64,000 nt of DNA from Octopus sinensis (GCF_006345805.1 NC_043000.1:143096001-143160000); one strand, 5' to 3'. Positions 1-13,670 are shown, numbered from the stretch's first letter. The notes: generated by a model from the letters alone, not told the origin. Program-made: numbers and translations.

Positions 1-31
<31 letters not shown>

Positions 32-54
32 CGCCCCGATGCAGTACCAGGTAA

Positions 55-222
55 TGGCACGTAAAAAGCACCCACTACACTGACGGAGTGGTTGGCATTA
101 GGAAGGGCATCCAGCTGTAGAAACATTGCCAGATAAGACCGGAGCCTGGTGCAGCCTTCTGGCTTCCCAGATCCCGGTTGAACCGTCCAACCCATGCTAG
201 CATGGAGAACGGACGTTAAACA

Positions 223-254
<32 letters not shown>
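55..254 (+). mobile_element. SINE family C (5'-truncated), (GAT)n tail
   Basis: GGCACGTAAAAAGCACCCACTACAC...CCCATGCTAGCATGGAGAACGGACGTTAAAC(GAT)n; the same body recurs about 10 times in the window. Confidence 0.75.
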
Positions 255-280
255 AATAATAATAATAATAATAATAATAA

Positions 281-845
281 ATGCCCTGATGCAGTACCAG
301 GCAATGGCTCTCATGATTTCTGATCTTAACTGATTGGAAGTGTTATCATGTACATCATTTTGTCTTGGTATAAAAGATGGGCTACAGCAAATATTCTGCT
401 CAATACCACAGATTTGCTTGTCAGTTGTTTGACCTTAAACAGTTGAGCATGTCCCTTAGTGACTGACGATATGTGCATCTCTGATCACGAGCAGAAGTAG
501 TGGGGGAGCATCATAGCCATGTGTTGAGAGGGATTCTTTGGGGTTTGAATAATTCACCTCTGGAAACATGGGTGTTGTGTTCAACATCCTTAAACAACCC
601 TTATTCAGGGACCTTTTTGAGCGGGATGGGCTACTTGACCAGAAGAAAATTCTAACTGGGCCCCACCTGCAAGGTCATGCGATGTTTATATTGATATGAG
701 ATCACCATGTCGCGCACATATGGTTGTGATGCATGTGCCTAGTGTACCCTTATCAGACGGGTAATCATGATGGGTATACTGGGCTTTGTATATTTTACCC
801 CAGAGTCACTTTGATGGCCTGCTCTGCTCTTTCACTCAATAATAA
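281..845 (-). mobile_element. Interspersed retroposon-like repeat with (TTA)n tail
   Basis: GC-richer ~560 bp block bounded by (TAA)n runs; its end (281-308) is duplicated at 31-58; resembles an octopus repeat from memory. Confidence 0.5.
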
Positions 846-920
846 TAGTGTTAGTTTAGCAGTAGTATTAGTATTAATATTCATATTATTATTAAGAATG
901 ATAAATGGCAGAATTTATAG

Positions 921-953
921 GTTATTGAATGTCCCGTTATCTACTGAATTCAG
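921..953 (+). CDS. Candidate exon of an unidentified multi-exon gene (RLLNVPLSTEFR)
   Basis: Weak acceptor tttatag, donor CAG|gtatgg; ends in phase 2, matching the 1618 exon; may start further upstream. Confidence 0.3.
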
Positions 954-1617
954 GTATGGCAATTAACCTTGCCTTTTATCCTTTCATGTTCAATAAAACA
1001 AGTAACTTTAATAATGGAGTTGATTAAAGCAACAATTTTCTTCCTAAACTGTATGTAGCCTCAAACTTGTCATTATTTTAATATTGTACACACATACACT
1101 AAATACATGTACTCAGCTATACCCACAGTCATATTTATCACAATATATAGTATATTCATATATTTTAATGATGCTAAACATCTGCAATATTCTTTAAGTC
1201 TTCTCAATTAATTCTGCCTTCCCACTACGTGAATTGTCCTTGTTCTGAAAAATGAAATAACTATGGTTATATATATTTTGTTTGTTTGTTTTTTATTTAG
1301 CAATTTGATGTTATTAGTAACCTTTTCCTAGTATTTTATTCATTTTCTGCTAATTACATCGAATGAAATACTATTTTCTTTTCTGTTATATTTTACTGAT
1401 TTTTAAAAAATTCTTTCTTAGATTTTGTTTTCACATCTCTTGTGTACAGAATACAAATAATTTTTGCAGCTTCTCTACTTAAGATCAATAATGAAAGAAA
1501 TATAAATTTTAAAAAATGACGAAGTAAAACCCTATAGCACCAATAAATTTTAGAAATTTTTACATAATGAGTTTTTAAAGAAAATTCATGTTATTGTCAT
1601 TTGCAAATATTTCATAG

Positions 1618-1684
1618 AGTAGAAGCAGCTCTTGATGCAGGAAATGGCATAAGAATTTATCCTAATGAGCTAAACGAAGAGAAG
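1618..1684 (+). CDS. Candidate exon (VEAALDAGNGIRIYPNELNEEK)
   Basis: Acceptor atatttcatag, donor AAG|gtaact, 67 nt open frame, coding-like composition in unique AT-rich DNA. Confidence 0.5.
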
Positions 1685-1950
1685 GTAACTGTCTTTTATG
1701 GATTTAGTAGTCAGCTAATAGGGATGTAGGATGTGTCGATAAATTATTGTTGCTAGGCAAGAACTGATAAAGCAGAACGAATGTGAAGCAAACTAGAAAG
1801 AATCCATGAAATGCTGATTAGCGTCTCTAGATGTAGAATTTAATCTGCTGTGCAGATCTATCACCTTATCCTTGGGTCCCTTCCTTCAACGAGATCCATT
1901 CTGTTGTAATCATTAGTACTGGACTTCCAATCAAAGATGACTTAATACCT

Positions 1951-2279
1951 TAATATATTGCCTCCATCCATTGCAACACGTGGATCATAGTGTTCTTCCT
2001 CCCTAGACATTCCACCATGATGGTGGTTAAATGGCTGACTTGTTACAGTGTTCAGTAGAATGCGCTTTGATATTTGTTCTGGTGTTCTGTACCCTCAGTT
2101 CAAATCCTACTATGGCCCCCTAATATGTTGCCTCCAGCCATTGCAATATATAGATCATAGTGTTCTTCCTCCCTAGACAATCCACCATGATGGTTAAATG
2201 GCTGACTTGTTGCAGTGTTCAGTAGAATGTGCTTTGATATTTGTTCTGGTGTTCTGTACCCTCAGTTCAAATCCTACTA
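1951..2279 (+). repeat. Direct tandem duplication of ~165 bp
   Basis: 1951-2112 and 2121-2279 are near-identical (TAATAT.TTGCCTCC...CTCAGTTCAAATCCTACTA). Confidence 0.9.
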
Positions 2280-2721
2280 AGGTCCATCTTGCTTTTCATC
2301 CTTTAGGAATCAAAAGAAGAATTGTACTACCCCAGTGGTTAGTGCATCCCTCTCTTCTTCCAGGATACTACCTTTGGGATGTTTCCCTGAATCAAAGATG
2401 GGAAGGCCAAGAGAGTGTCTGTGTTTGTTCATGACTTCATAACCCTCCTGGAACAATTAGTAAAACCATGGTATATGTTACCAATACTCACTTGCAAGTG
2501 ATGGCCATAGTTTATCACTTATCAAGGAGGCCCTAATAAGAGGTCCTCTGACTAAGTCATGCAACAAATATTCTTCACGTAACTTTGAACACAGTATTCA
2601 AGAATGTTTTTAACTCTTCTAACAACATCGTCAGGGGGACATTCGTAACATTGATGGGGCAATAGTCCACCAGCTCTATGTCTTTAGTATATATCAAACA
2701 TACTTTAATTTGCATAATTAG

Positions 2722-2785
2722 GATTTCACACATTATCCAATCATTGTAGTTACTGTTCTGTCCCATGAATCCTACATTTTCCAAG
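2722..2785 (+). CDS. Candidate exon (DFTHYPIIVVTVLSHESYIFQ)
   Basis: ataattag acceptor, AAG|gtatcc donor, phase 0 to 1; overlaps a 77-aa antisense ORF, so ambiguous. Confidence 0.25.
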
Positions 2786-3806
2786 GTATCCTTTCTATTT
2801 TCAGCCAATAATTTTCAGTCAGTTTATATTTTAAGAATTAAAGGACCAGTAAATTTTCTGTTTGTTATGTCAAGTCATAATGTAGCTGACAAAAATGGTT
2901 TAATTGACTACAGTAATTAATATTATTAATTATTATCCAGATGATAAAAATTATGTTTTATTAGGAAGGTGGACTTAATAATAAGCTTAGTAATCAGTAT
3001 GTATTACCTTTGTGGGAGATTTAGTTGCTATCTCTAGAATGCTGAGGAGCCATATAGAAGCTTCCTTATTTGTTCATATTAATTACTATTACCATTAATT
3101 TTATTGGTTAGCCCTAGCCCCTGATGAACCTGGAATGAATGGAGGATGTTCCACCTATGATACACAATGTTTTGTATATTTACTGTTTGTCCATTTACTT
3201 TCCACTGTGTTTTTCAATTTTAATATGATAGGGCATGAATGTAGGGGAATTTTGGCTGCTATCTCAAGCAGGTCAAAACGAACCTGTAGATTTTTTTTTT
3301 TTTTTTGCTTTATGATACCATTACTGATGTAGAATTGATATATCTTTTGGTAAACATTAGATGTATGATAGGTTCAATATTACTGGCTATTTCAGTGCCA
3401 TTGATCTATGTGCAAATCTAATTATTAAATATTTTAAAACCTCATCAGAATCCAATTATTAGAATTCAGATGAGGTTTTGCAATATTTAATATTTCCATT
3501 TGCAAACAAATCATTGACATATAAATATACTGAAATCAAAACTGCCACATCCCTTGCTTGCTATTTTTCCTGTCAAAGAATAACTTCCATGCTTCCTGAG
3601 ATTTGCCAACACTACACCTGCATACCAGGGAAGTATGCAACGACCATCAAATTGATCATCAGACTACATCTAGTCACTGGCAAAATGTGTCTTCATTGCT
3701 GAGACACTGCTGTTTAAGTCCAAAACATATCCAACCATGACTATCCTGTTTTATTTTTTAAACAATTTACATAAGCTACATTAATTAATACCTTTATCCT
3801 TTCTGT

Positions 3807-4235
3807 AATAATAATAATGATAATAATGAAATTATTGTATACAGTGCTCAGGTGCACCACAACTTGTCAAAAGTGCATATAAAGCATATGCAGTAATGTA
3901 CAAATGTCTGGAAAGTGAACAGTGTATGAGTCAGATACATGCTTGCGTGTGTATGGAGGGGAGAAAATCAGGTGTAGTGTTGGCAAATCTCATGAAGCAT
4001 GGAAGTTTTGAAGGGTGCTGTGCTCCGACAACTAACAACTGATGCTGGCAGTTTGTTCCATGTTTCAGCAACTCTTAGCATGAAAAAAATGTTTCCGAAA
4101 GTCATGGGAGCTGTGCTGTTTTCTGACTTTGTAAACATGTCCACGGGTGTTAGACAGGTGTAGTTTGAAAAGGTGGGCTTGGTGTGAGTGAAAGGAGATT
4201 TGGGTGCTATTTGTAGCAAGCTTCTCAAAAGTAGA
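3807..4235 (-). mobile_element. CR1/L2-type LINE 3' end
   Basis: Translation FFMLRVAETWNKLPASVVSCRSTAPFK matches the CR1-type RT C-terminal motif (FFS.RV...WN.LP..VV...S...FK); 3' UTR and (ATT)n tail; second copy at 17165. Confidence 0.85.
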
Positions 4236-4410
4236 AGCTTTTTCTTAGCCTATAGTTGATGGACTTAAATGTCAAGTGTTATGTTATACACTAGCATATG
4301 CCATAGTACTAATGTAGAAAGAGCCGACAAGTATTTCAACAGTGTGTAGTATTGAGTTCATTTCTTCTATTAACAAAACCTGATTGTGACTGACTAGTAA
4401 TCTATATAGT

Positions 4411-4803
4411 AGGCACAGGAGTGGCTGTGTGGTAAGTAGCTTGCTTACCAACCACATGGTTCCGGGTTCAGTTCCACAGCGTGGCACCTTGGGCAAGTGT
4501 CTTCTACTATAGCCTTGGGCCAACCAAAGCCTTGTGAGTGGATTTGGTAGATGGAAACTGAAAGAAGCCCATTATATATATATATATATATATATATGTA
4601 CGTGTGTGTATATGTTTGTCCCCCACCCCATTACTTGGCAACCGATGCCGGTGTGTTTATGTCCCTGTAACTTAGCAGTTCGGCAGAAGAGACTGATAGA
4701 ATAAATACTAGGCTTACAAAGAATAAGTCATGGGGTCGATTTGCTCGACTAAAGGTGGTGCTCCAGCATGACCACAGTCAAGTGACTGAAACAAGTAAAA
4801 GAG
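4411..4803 (+). mobile_element. SINE family A (tRNA-derived, central TA/TG microsatellite, AAAAGAGT tail)
   Basis: A box TGGCTGTGTGG, B box GGTTCAGTTCC, CCTTGGGCAAGT core-like motif; more than 15 copies or fragments in the window. Confidence 0.9.
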
Positions 4804-4829
4804 TAGGAAATTATCTTATCTCTTTCAAT

Positions 4830-5450
4830 GCATCTTTTACTTGTTTCAGTCATTGGACTGTGGCCATGCTGGGGCACCACCTTAAAGAATTTTAGAGGAA
4901 CGAATTACCCACCCAGTACTTTTTTTTGATTTTTCTTCTTAAGCCTGATACTTATTGTATCAGTCACATTTGCTAGACTGCTAAGTTATGGGGACATAAA
5001 CACACCAACAGTAGATGTGAAGCTGTGGTGGGTGAATAAATACAGACACAAACAGACATACACACACACACATGCGTGCATGTGCACATACACACGCACA
5101 CACATGACAGGCTTCATTCAGTTTCCGTCTACCAAATTCTCTCACAAGGCTTTGGTCAGTCTGAGGCTATAGTAGAAGACACTAATTCTGCAAGGTAGTG
5201 AGCTGGCAGAAATGTTAGCACGCTGGGCGAAATGCGTAGCCGTATTTCGTCTGCCGCTACGTTGTGAGTTCAAATTCTGCAGAGGTCGACTTTACCTTTC
5301 ATCCTTTCGGAGTCGATAAATTAAGTACCAGTTATGCACTGGGGTCGATATAATCGACTTAATCCCTTTGTCTGTCCTTGTTTGTCCCTTCTGTGTTTAG
5401 CCCCTTGTGGGTAGTAAAGAAATATATAGTAGAAGATACTTGCCCAAGTC
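4830..5450 (-). mobile_element. SINE family A interrupted by SINE B
   Basis: Reverse copy breaks at TATAGTAGAAGACACT and resumes at TATAGTAGAAGATACT after the insert. Confidence 0.8.
5192..5424 (+). mobile_element. SINE family B (tRNA-derived)
   Basis: GAGCTGGCAGAA...GAGTTCAAATTC B box...GTAGTAAAGAAATA; copies at 41970 and 53602. Confidence 0.85.
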
Positions 5451-5611
5451 TCTTTGATCATTGTGATTTGCAAAATATTACCTCAGCTTAACTCCCAACT
5501 GATTAGTTGCTAGTGTGTCACAAAACCATTTTGCTTCAATTAGAATTGTGTCGTACACTTCGTTAATACATAATTTCATACAAACAAAAAGATGCAGTTG
5601 TGGCTATGTGG

Positions 5612-6230
<619 letters not shown>

Positions 6231-6281
6231 ATATATAAGGAGAAACTCTCTCTCTCATTAGTTCTAAATGGTTTCCCTCCA

Positions 6282-6704
6282 TACTCTTTTACTCTTTTAC
6301 ACTTTTACTTGTTTCAGTCATTTGACTGCGGCCATGCTGGAGCACCACCTTTAGTCAAGCAAATTGACCCTGGGACTTATCCTTTGTAAGCCTAGTACTT
6401 ATTCTATTGGTCTCTTTTGCCGAACCACTAGGTTACAGGGACGTAAACACACCAGCATCGGTTGTCAAGTGATGTTGAGGAGACAAACACAGACACACAA
6501 ACATATACACACACATACATATTTATATACATATATACGATGGGCTTCTTTGAGTTTCCGTCAACCAAATCCACTCACAAGGTTTTGGTCGGCCCGAGGC
6601 TATTATAGTAGAAGACACTTGCCCAACATGCAACGCAGTGGGACTGAACTCGGAACCCTGTGGTTGGTAAGCAAGCTACTTACCACACAGCCACTCCTGT
6701 GCCT
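6282..6704 (-). mobile_element. SINE family A
   Basis: Full-length reverse copy. Confidence 0.9.
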
Positions 6705-9319
6705 ATATTCAATAAAATAAAATACTAGTTAAGTACTGAAGCTGATGGCATCAACTAAGCCTGTTCTCTTCAAAATTACTTGGGTGTAAATCAGAAACCA
6801 TTATTAGTTTTGGTTTCATGTGGTTGAGAAAGTGGGGTTTTCATCTTGTTTATGATGATGTCCATAATTAGCCTCACTAGAGAATTTCAAAGTCTCATAT
6901 GACTATAAATCTTAGCACGGTGGGGTGGGGGAGAGAAAAAAATTCCCTGGAAAAATATAAAAATGACATTTTTAATGAATCGTTTAACAGTTAAAGAAAA
7001 ACGAGATAACTCGAACCTTGACAAACTCATAGGTTGATAGCAATTACATGGCTTGTGCAGGTGATAAAATTTCTTGAGTTCTTTAAGTCTTCATGTCAGA
7101 TTTGTCTTTTATTTCAGGGACAGGGGGAAGTGTGTGGTGGAAGGTATTGCTAGGCAATAAAAAACAAGTACAGTATTCAATGGTTCACTCAGCAAATAGA
7201 CGGACTTCCTATTTCAGAACCAAATGACCTTCCTCTTATGAACAGAACCCATATAGAGTGTACATAACTGTCACTTACTAAGACAGTAAAACTGTCACTT
7301 TACTAAGATAGTAAAACAAACAAGGTAGTTTTACAATCATTACTAGTGGTTCGTTTTGATATTTATAACATAGATCGTTTAGTAGGAATTAGTTTACTTT
7401 GTAAATATTTAACAGTACTCTGTTCAAAGTAACAAAGTGCATAACAGTTTAACTCTTTCCAAAGAAGATCCCTTCAAGTTGATTTGCAACTAGCACTGGT
7501 GAGATATTTTTGTCACCAATGCAAATTAGTAATGGTGGAATCTGCAGAATTGTGTGTGTTTGGTGGGGGGTTTAGAATGGAGAAAGTAGGAGGAAGTTTT
7601 AAATTGATTACAAGGTAACACTGCTTCCAGCTCTGAACAAAACAGCCATAGCAAAACAGAAAATTAATAAAATAAAATAAAATAAAAGGAAAGGAAACGG
7701 CAAGAAAATGCTATTTAGTTTCATTGTTAACCATGGATGTTTTAATTGATTGCTTAACATTTCTAAATTGCACCAAAACCAATCCATCCACTAATGTAAT
7801 TTAACACTGTGGCAATGCTGCAAATTATCTGTTTCTTTGCATTAAAGAAGAGGCGTATCTCTGGAGGGACTGGTGGTATCAAAGGGAGAATTTAAGTGGC
7901 ATGTCTGGTCATCAGCACAGAAAGATAATGAGAGAATGTGTTTGAGTGTAAACAAGAAAAGGGATTTGAAAATTAGATACACGAAGGTGTGGAAGCATAA
8001 AAAGAGAGTTATTTATAAAACTGATAGAAAGTGAAATGGATAAATAGATCAGGACCACTGATTTGATGTGCAAACTAGAGAAATGGGAAAAGACCAATTC
8101 TAATGAGAGAGAAACAAAAAAAAAATGAAAAATATAAAAATTACCTGCAATTAGAATGAAAGGCAGAAAAGAGATGGACTTTATGCCAGGCAAATTAATG
8201 TGGGAAAAGCAGTTTGTGGGAGAGAAATATTAAGAATGATAAATGTTATGGTTTCTTGTGAATAATGAAAGAGAATATGCATGGCATTATCGTAAAATGA
8301 ACTTGAATATTATATCATGGAACACATGTCTCATGCTTTGAATGAGAGTATACTGAGTGTATTAAGCAGTGATGAAATCACAAGTAGAACAAAAGAATAT
8401 AAGGGTAATTTAGTCTGATACAAATTACATCATTTAAGATGTAAATAAATAAAATGTTCAGCATAAATGTTGCAAAAAGGGTGCTACTTCAAAGTGTAAT
8501 CAAAAATAAAATGAAAATAAATATAGTTCAAGAATGACATTAAAAAGAATGAAAGAAATAAGTCAAATAAAGAAGACAATAAACTAAATATTGCCTATTT
8601 TCTATTGGCATATATCAAAGGAAGGCTGAGAAGAAATAAATTGACTTTAGCTGTGCCTTAATCCTATTAAGGATATTGTAATGATGGAGGAGGCCAGGTT
8701 AACGAATTTAATTTGTTAATTACTAAATGTCTTTCATATCTAAATGTTTCAAGTGAATATGTATTAAATTGTCTAGAATTGGACAACATTTTCATCCTTA
8801 ATGCAAATCTGATGATTAAAGCTAATACTTTTTATTGAACCATTAGAGCTTTATTGTGTATTGAAAACTATCAATTATCATCTTCCTTACTTGTGTTGAT
8901 AGATAAGGAGAATGCTTATATACCAGAAACAGAAGGATAGTGAGAACATCTAAGGCAAAGGTGAAATGTGAATGTGAGAGCGGAACTAAAATAGTCAAGG
9001 ATTATGAATGAGGTGACACATGTTGTGCAGAGAACAGAAGGGACATTATATCATACAGATTCTATCTAAACCATGCAAGCAAGATATAAATATGATTTCA
9101 TTAAAGCCATAGTAATGATGATAGTAATGTTGTGATGATAATAACAATGGTGGTGATGTTGGTGGCAATAGTGATGATAGCTATCATCATCACTAGCATC
9201 AATCATCATGAATTTTCAGCACATATTCTATGATTACACATTTGGATGAGCAGATCTGTAATATCTTTTCAATTAACACAGTCACTCATCAATTACTCTT
9301 TAGGTTTGAATTATTTCAG

Positions 9320-9381
9320 GTGACATCATTCGTATTCATTTGCAAACATCTGCCTATACAGTTATAATCTACCAGTTAAAG
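9320..9381 (+). CDS. Candidate exon (GDIIRIHLQTSAYTVIIYQLK)
   Basis: ttatttcag acceptor, AAG|gtaatg donor, 62 nt, phase 1 to 0. Confidence 0.4.
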
Positions 9382-9935
9382 GTAATGTTCAGGTCATATT
9401 TTTCATTTTGATACAGACCTAAGGCCTCATAATTGTTTCTAATTCAGGCACATAGCCAACAGTTTTGAGGGGTTGACTTCAGTTGATTACTTCAGTCCCA
9501 GTACTTGACTTCTACTCTGTTTTAATTGACCTGGTGAAATGAGAGCCAGAGTTTGCCTTGGCAGGATTTGAGATTAGAAACATAATGAGTCAGAACAAAT
9601 ACTGCAAAGCTTTCAGCCCAATGCTTTAATGATTCTGATCCTAAACCCTAATATTGACCACTCAACCCCCAGACTGCCGGCATATTATATCCCTGAGTTC
9701 AAATTGCCTGCCAGCACTTCATTATTCCTCTCACACAAAACACAAGCTTCAGAACTGTTAGACTTTAAGCCTACAAGAATGGAAGCAATGCACATGCATT
9801 GCTAGAAAAGAGAATTCAAAGAACAATAGAAATGTAGTCCAAATTCAATCTTAGCTAATGTGTCTGTGTATGTGCGTATGTGTGTGTGTGTGTGAGCGTG
9901 TGTGTGTGAGAGTGTGTGTTTCATTATACAAATGG

Positions 9936-9975
<40 letters not shown>

Positions 9976-10354
9976 GTTGTGGGTCATTAGCTGACCATTC
10001 AACATACTACTGTCATGGCACTCCCACATTCTTCTTCTTCTTCTCCTCCTCCTCCTCCTTCTTTTTCTTCTTCCCTACCAAGAATTCACAACGACCTGGA
10101 ACCCACAAGAGTAAACAAGAAAGACAGAGACAAGCAGAAACAAGGAAAATGCCCCTTGTATTTGAACACTATACAAATATTCTTTTAAAAAACCTTTTCT
10201 TTTAATTTTTCTAAATTTAATTGTTTAATTGTTACAGTTGAAAAAGTCTCAATGACTGAAACCGGTACTGAAATGTTTTTTATAAAATTATTTTAGCATT
10301 TTCTATCTTGACTTTTTTTCAATATATATATATATATATAAATATATATATATA

Positions 10355-10635
10355 TACAAAAATTCAGGGTGAATACTTGATAGTTGTAAGCACCTGTGTA
10401 TACCATTTAGTGGTGTTGGTGTCCCACTCTGTCATACGCGACTATGAGGATTTGCATCCCCATCGTAAAACTTATAGTGTAATATATGTCCTTGAAGTAG
10501 TAATTGTACGTGGCTGAAGAAGGCCATAGACACACATTTACATCAATTATGCATTGTTATAAAACCGTCTAATAAAGGCCCGAAACATATGTACCGCTAA
10601 ATCCTTTGAATCATGTTTTTATTTTGATTAATGCA
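10355..10635 (+). mobile_element. TA-microsatellite-flanked relic element (possibly PLE-derived)
   Basis: Bounded by (TA)n on both sides; second partial copy at 5878-5995. Confidence 0.55.
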
Positions 10636-11514
10636 TATATATATATATATATATATATATGTAGCCTTGTAGTTATATCAGACGTTTGTTTATAAGAGCA
10701 TGGTTACATACAAATGTCTGTTTCATTGTGATAACATGGGTTACACAGAGGGGTATTTGAGGATGGCTTCAATTGATTACATTAATCCCAGTACGTGACT
10801 TATACTCTATTATATATAGATGGATCCCTTTCTTGTTCTCAGTCTTTAGTTCCTTTCCAAGTGAGGGGTGAACTAGTGGATTGGATGATTTGTTAAAAAG
10901 AAATTTTACCGAATGTCACTGGTTACAATTCAGCTACAAGTGGAGGCAATACCATTTATAACCCGGCACAGATTGCAAACATTCATGCACATATCCACAC
11001 CTACATCATTCAGATTTTGTCTGCCAAATTCCCTCAGAAGGTATTGGTTGACCCAGGGTTATTGGGAAAAAATGCTTGCCCAAGGTGCCATTCAGTGGGA
11101 CTAAATCCAAAGCCAAATGGCTGTTAAGTGAATTTCTTAATCACACTGTTGTACCTGATATAGTTGAGTAAAATGAATACTTACGTTTTTGGTGTCCAGG
11201 GAGGAAATACAGGGAACAAAAGAGACAATTCCTAACTGATGACATTGATACAATTCACTTTCACCTTAACTTTGTGTAAATTAACATGTAGATAATATGG
11301 AGACATAGATTAACTTGCTGAGGATTGCAGTCTGAAATATTCATTTGATGTGGAGGTTTGAGAATGAGACACAGTAAGGATGGTGGAAGCAGGAGAGCTT
11401 TTGCAGTAGACAGTTTGATATTTCAACTGTGCAAAAACAGAGAGGATATAATAATTCGATGCACTAGAGGTTGGTGTCTGGTGGTGAATGAAGTTTTTTA
11501 AGTCAGTCATCCTT

Positions 11515-11860
11515 CTTGTCCAATATCTGAATCTGGGTTTGTCCCCAATGACGGGGGCAGCTGGATCTACCTCATTCCTACAGTAACCGCCCTCACACCA
11601 TCTTGCCATCTGGTTTTGGGCATCCTCCCTCTTCAAGCCAACCCTCCCAATCTTCGCCTCCACCTGTCCCTTCACATTTACTTTGGTCGACCTCGCTTTG
11701 ATAGTTCACTCACTCTAAACTCAAGCACTATCCTCAGAACATGATCCTCATCCATCCTCAACACATGTTCATACCACTGCACTCCATTCACCTTTGCCAA
11801 CTGTTCCACCGATTCCTTCAACCCCAGCATCCCTATCAAGTCATTACTTTTGGATTTCGT
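11515..11860 (-). mobile_element. RTE-clade LINE 3' end (degenerate)
   Basis: Translation DLIGMLGLKESVEQLAKVNGVQWYEHVLRMDEDHVLRIVLEF...KRGRPK, then after a frameshift QVEAKIGRVGLKREDA; matches the RTE C-terminus (RWYGHVLR...RGRPK.TWK.QV). Confidence 0.9.
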
Positions 11861-12170
11861 GTGACGACAGCTGCTTTACTACAGATATGTGTGCAGTAAT
11901 CTAGTTTATAGAACATTCCTTCTTTTTAAAGAAGAAGCTGTTGACAGCCACATTACTTTCTGGTCATAAAAAAGGGGGGGGGCAGCTAACAATTAATAAA
12001 CAGTTTTTGTTATAGCATAGATATTCAGTTATAATAAGAAGCTATTTGAGATTCTGAAGGATTTAGTTGAGTTGCTCATGAAGGGAGGAGATACTGTGTA
12101 GTGTTTTTCCTTGATATGTATATTTACTGTACTTTGGTGTTGTAGAAAATATAGGTGTCTGACTGACCCT

Positions 12171-12372
12171 CATGCCGGTGGCATGTAAAAGGACCCACTA
12201 CACTCTCAGAGTGGTTGGCATTAGGAAGGGCATCCAGCTGTAGAAACCCTGCCAGATCAAGATTGAAGCCTGGTGCAACCATCTGGTTCACCAGTCCTCA
12301 GTCAAATCATCCAACCCATGCTAGCATGGAAAGTGAATATTAAACAATGATGATGATGATGATGATGATGAT
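12171..12372 (+). mobile_element. SINE family C
   Basis: Family C body with (GAT)n tail. Confidence 0.85.
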
Positions 12373-12691
12373 AGGATAATTTCAATCATCCACTCATCAA
12401 TGTAATATTAGTTTTGCCTTTTATCCTTCTGAGGCCAATAACTAAGTACTGAAAGATCAACTTGATTATAGCCATTCCCCAAATTTGAGGTCTTGTATCT
12501 ATATCAAAAATCAACATCAAATGAAAATCATACTTGCTGCCAAGTATAGTCAGCCTAGAATTGATAGAGTTCCAACTAATTAGCAGATGGGTAGAAGATG
12601 TTATACATTCATTGTTTTGTTCTGTGTCCAGATCTTGCTGACCTCTGGTCAAAAGCATTTCAACTGTGACAATACTGTCTTTCTTTTCCAG

Positions 12692-12761
12692 GAATATGGT
12701 ATCTATTCTTTATCCAGTGTATCCATTTTCGAATATGGGACTTGTGTTTTCCAGAAACTAG
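12692..12761 (+). CDS. Candidate exon (EYGIYSLSSVSIFEYGTCVFQKL; alternative frame IWYLFFIQCIHFRIWDLCFPET)
   Basis: Strong acceptor ctgtctttcttttccag and donor TAG|gtatgt; 70 nt; two frames open. Confidence 0.5.
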
Positions 12762-12964
12762 GTATGTACCTTCTTTATTCAATGTGTTGGATTTGGAAAG
12801 ATGATGTGATTTCAAATAGGTTTAGTACTCTTTCTACTAAATTAACAGACAGAAGGTTGATTTAGTGCTTATAAAATTTATAATTAATTTTGTTTTTGAT
12901 CAGGCATAAAGGCACTACATTTTGGAAGTTATGTAAAAACATTGGTAAGGTTATTATGAGGGTA

Positions 12965-13413
12965 TTAACCCTTTCATTACCGTATTTCTTTTGAGATGCT
13001 CTGTGTTTCTTGCAATTAATTTTAAATATAACAAAGAATTTAGTAAAATAACTTAGTTATCATTCAGCTGATAGTAGGAACATAAATTGGGACTAAGGTT
13101 TGGTGGAAGATTTTAATTCAAAACTTATGAAAACAAGATATTGGTACTACAGAGCCAGTTTCAGCTGGGTTGGTATCAAAAGGGTTAACCCTTTTGTTAC
13201 TGTATTTATTTTGAGATGCTCTTTGTTTCTTCCAATTATTTTAAATATAACAAAGAATTTAGTAAAATAATATCGTTATCATTGAGCTAGTGTTAAGAAC
13301 ATAAATTGTGACTAAGATTTGGTGGAAGATTTGAATTCAAAACTTATGAAAACAAGATATTGGTACTACAGAGCCAGAGCCAGTTTCAGCTGGGTTGGTA
13401 TTGAAAGGGTTAA
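12965..13413 (+). mobile_element. Tandem dimer of a piggyBac-type MITE (family P1)
   Basis: Two ~225 bp copies with CCCTTT...AAAGGG termini; TTAA at 12965, 13185 (shared) and 13410. Confidence 0.85.
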
Positions 13414-13670
13414 TGAGGTAAATATAAATCAATTAGCTTTGACAAGGAATTGAAATAGTTTCACAGAGCTCAGCTTTAATCACACTTTACAGCAGTTGCT
13501 ATTCTTTGACATCCTATGTATATGTGATTCTCTCTCATTTTTATATTAACCAACTACTTTGAAATCCACCGGCACCAGACATTATTTTCTTATTGTATGT
13601 ACTAGTTAGTCTGAAGCAGAATCACTTAGTCATTTTAACCATTTACAAACATCAATTATGCGGACCTAAG

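Noticed and set aside
2575-2808. 77-aa minus ORF as a LINE RT fragment (DYCPINVTNV resembles YRPISL.NV) or a terminal exon
   Set aside because: The match is too short and no flanking RT motifs or good acceptor were found; left unresolved.
7118-7143. 26-nt micro-exon (ttttatttcag ... AAG|gtattg)
   Set aside because: Its phases do not fit the neighbouring candidates without invoking an unseen exon.
10569-10597. Third hammerhead-like motif CTAATAA-AGGCCC-GAAA-CATATGT-A
   Set aside because: Palindromic helix III is present, but core G5 and G8 are absent in both copies (also ~5927) and helix I does not pair.
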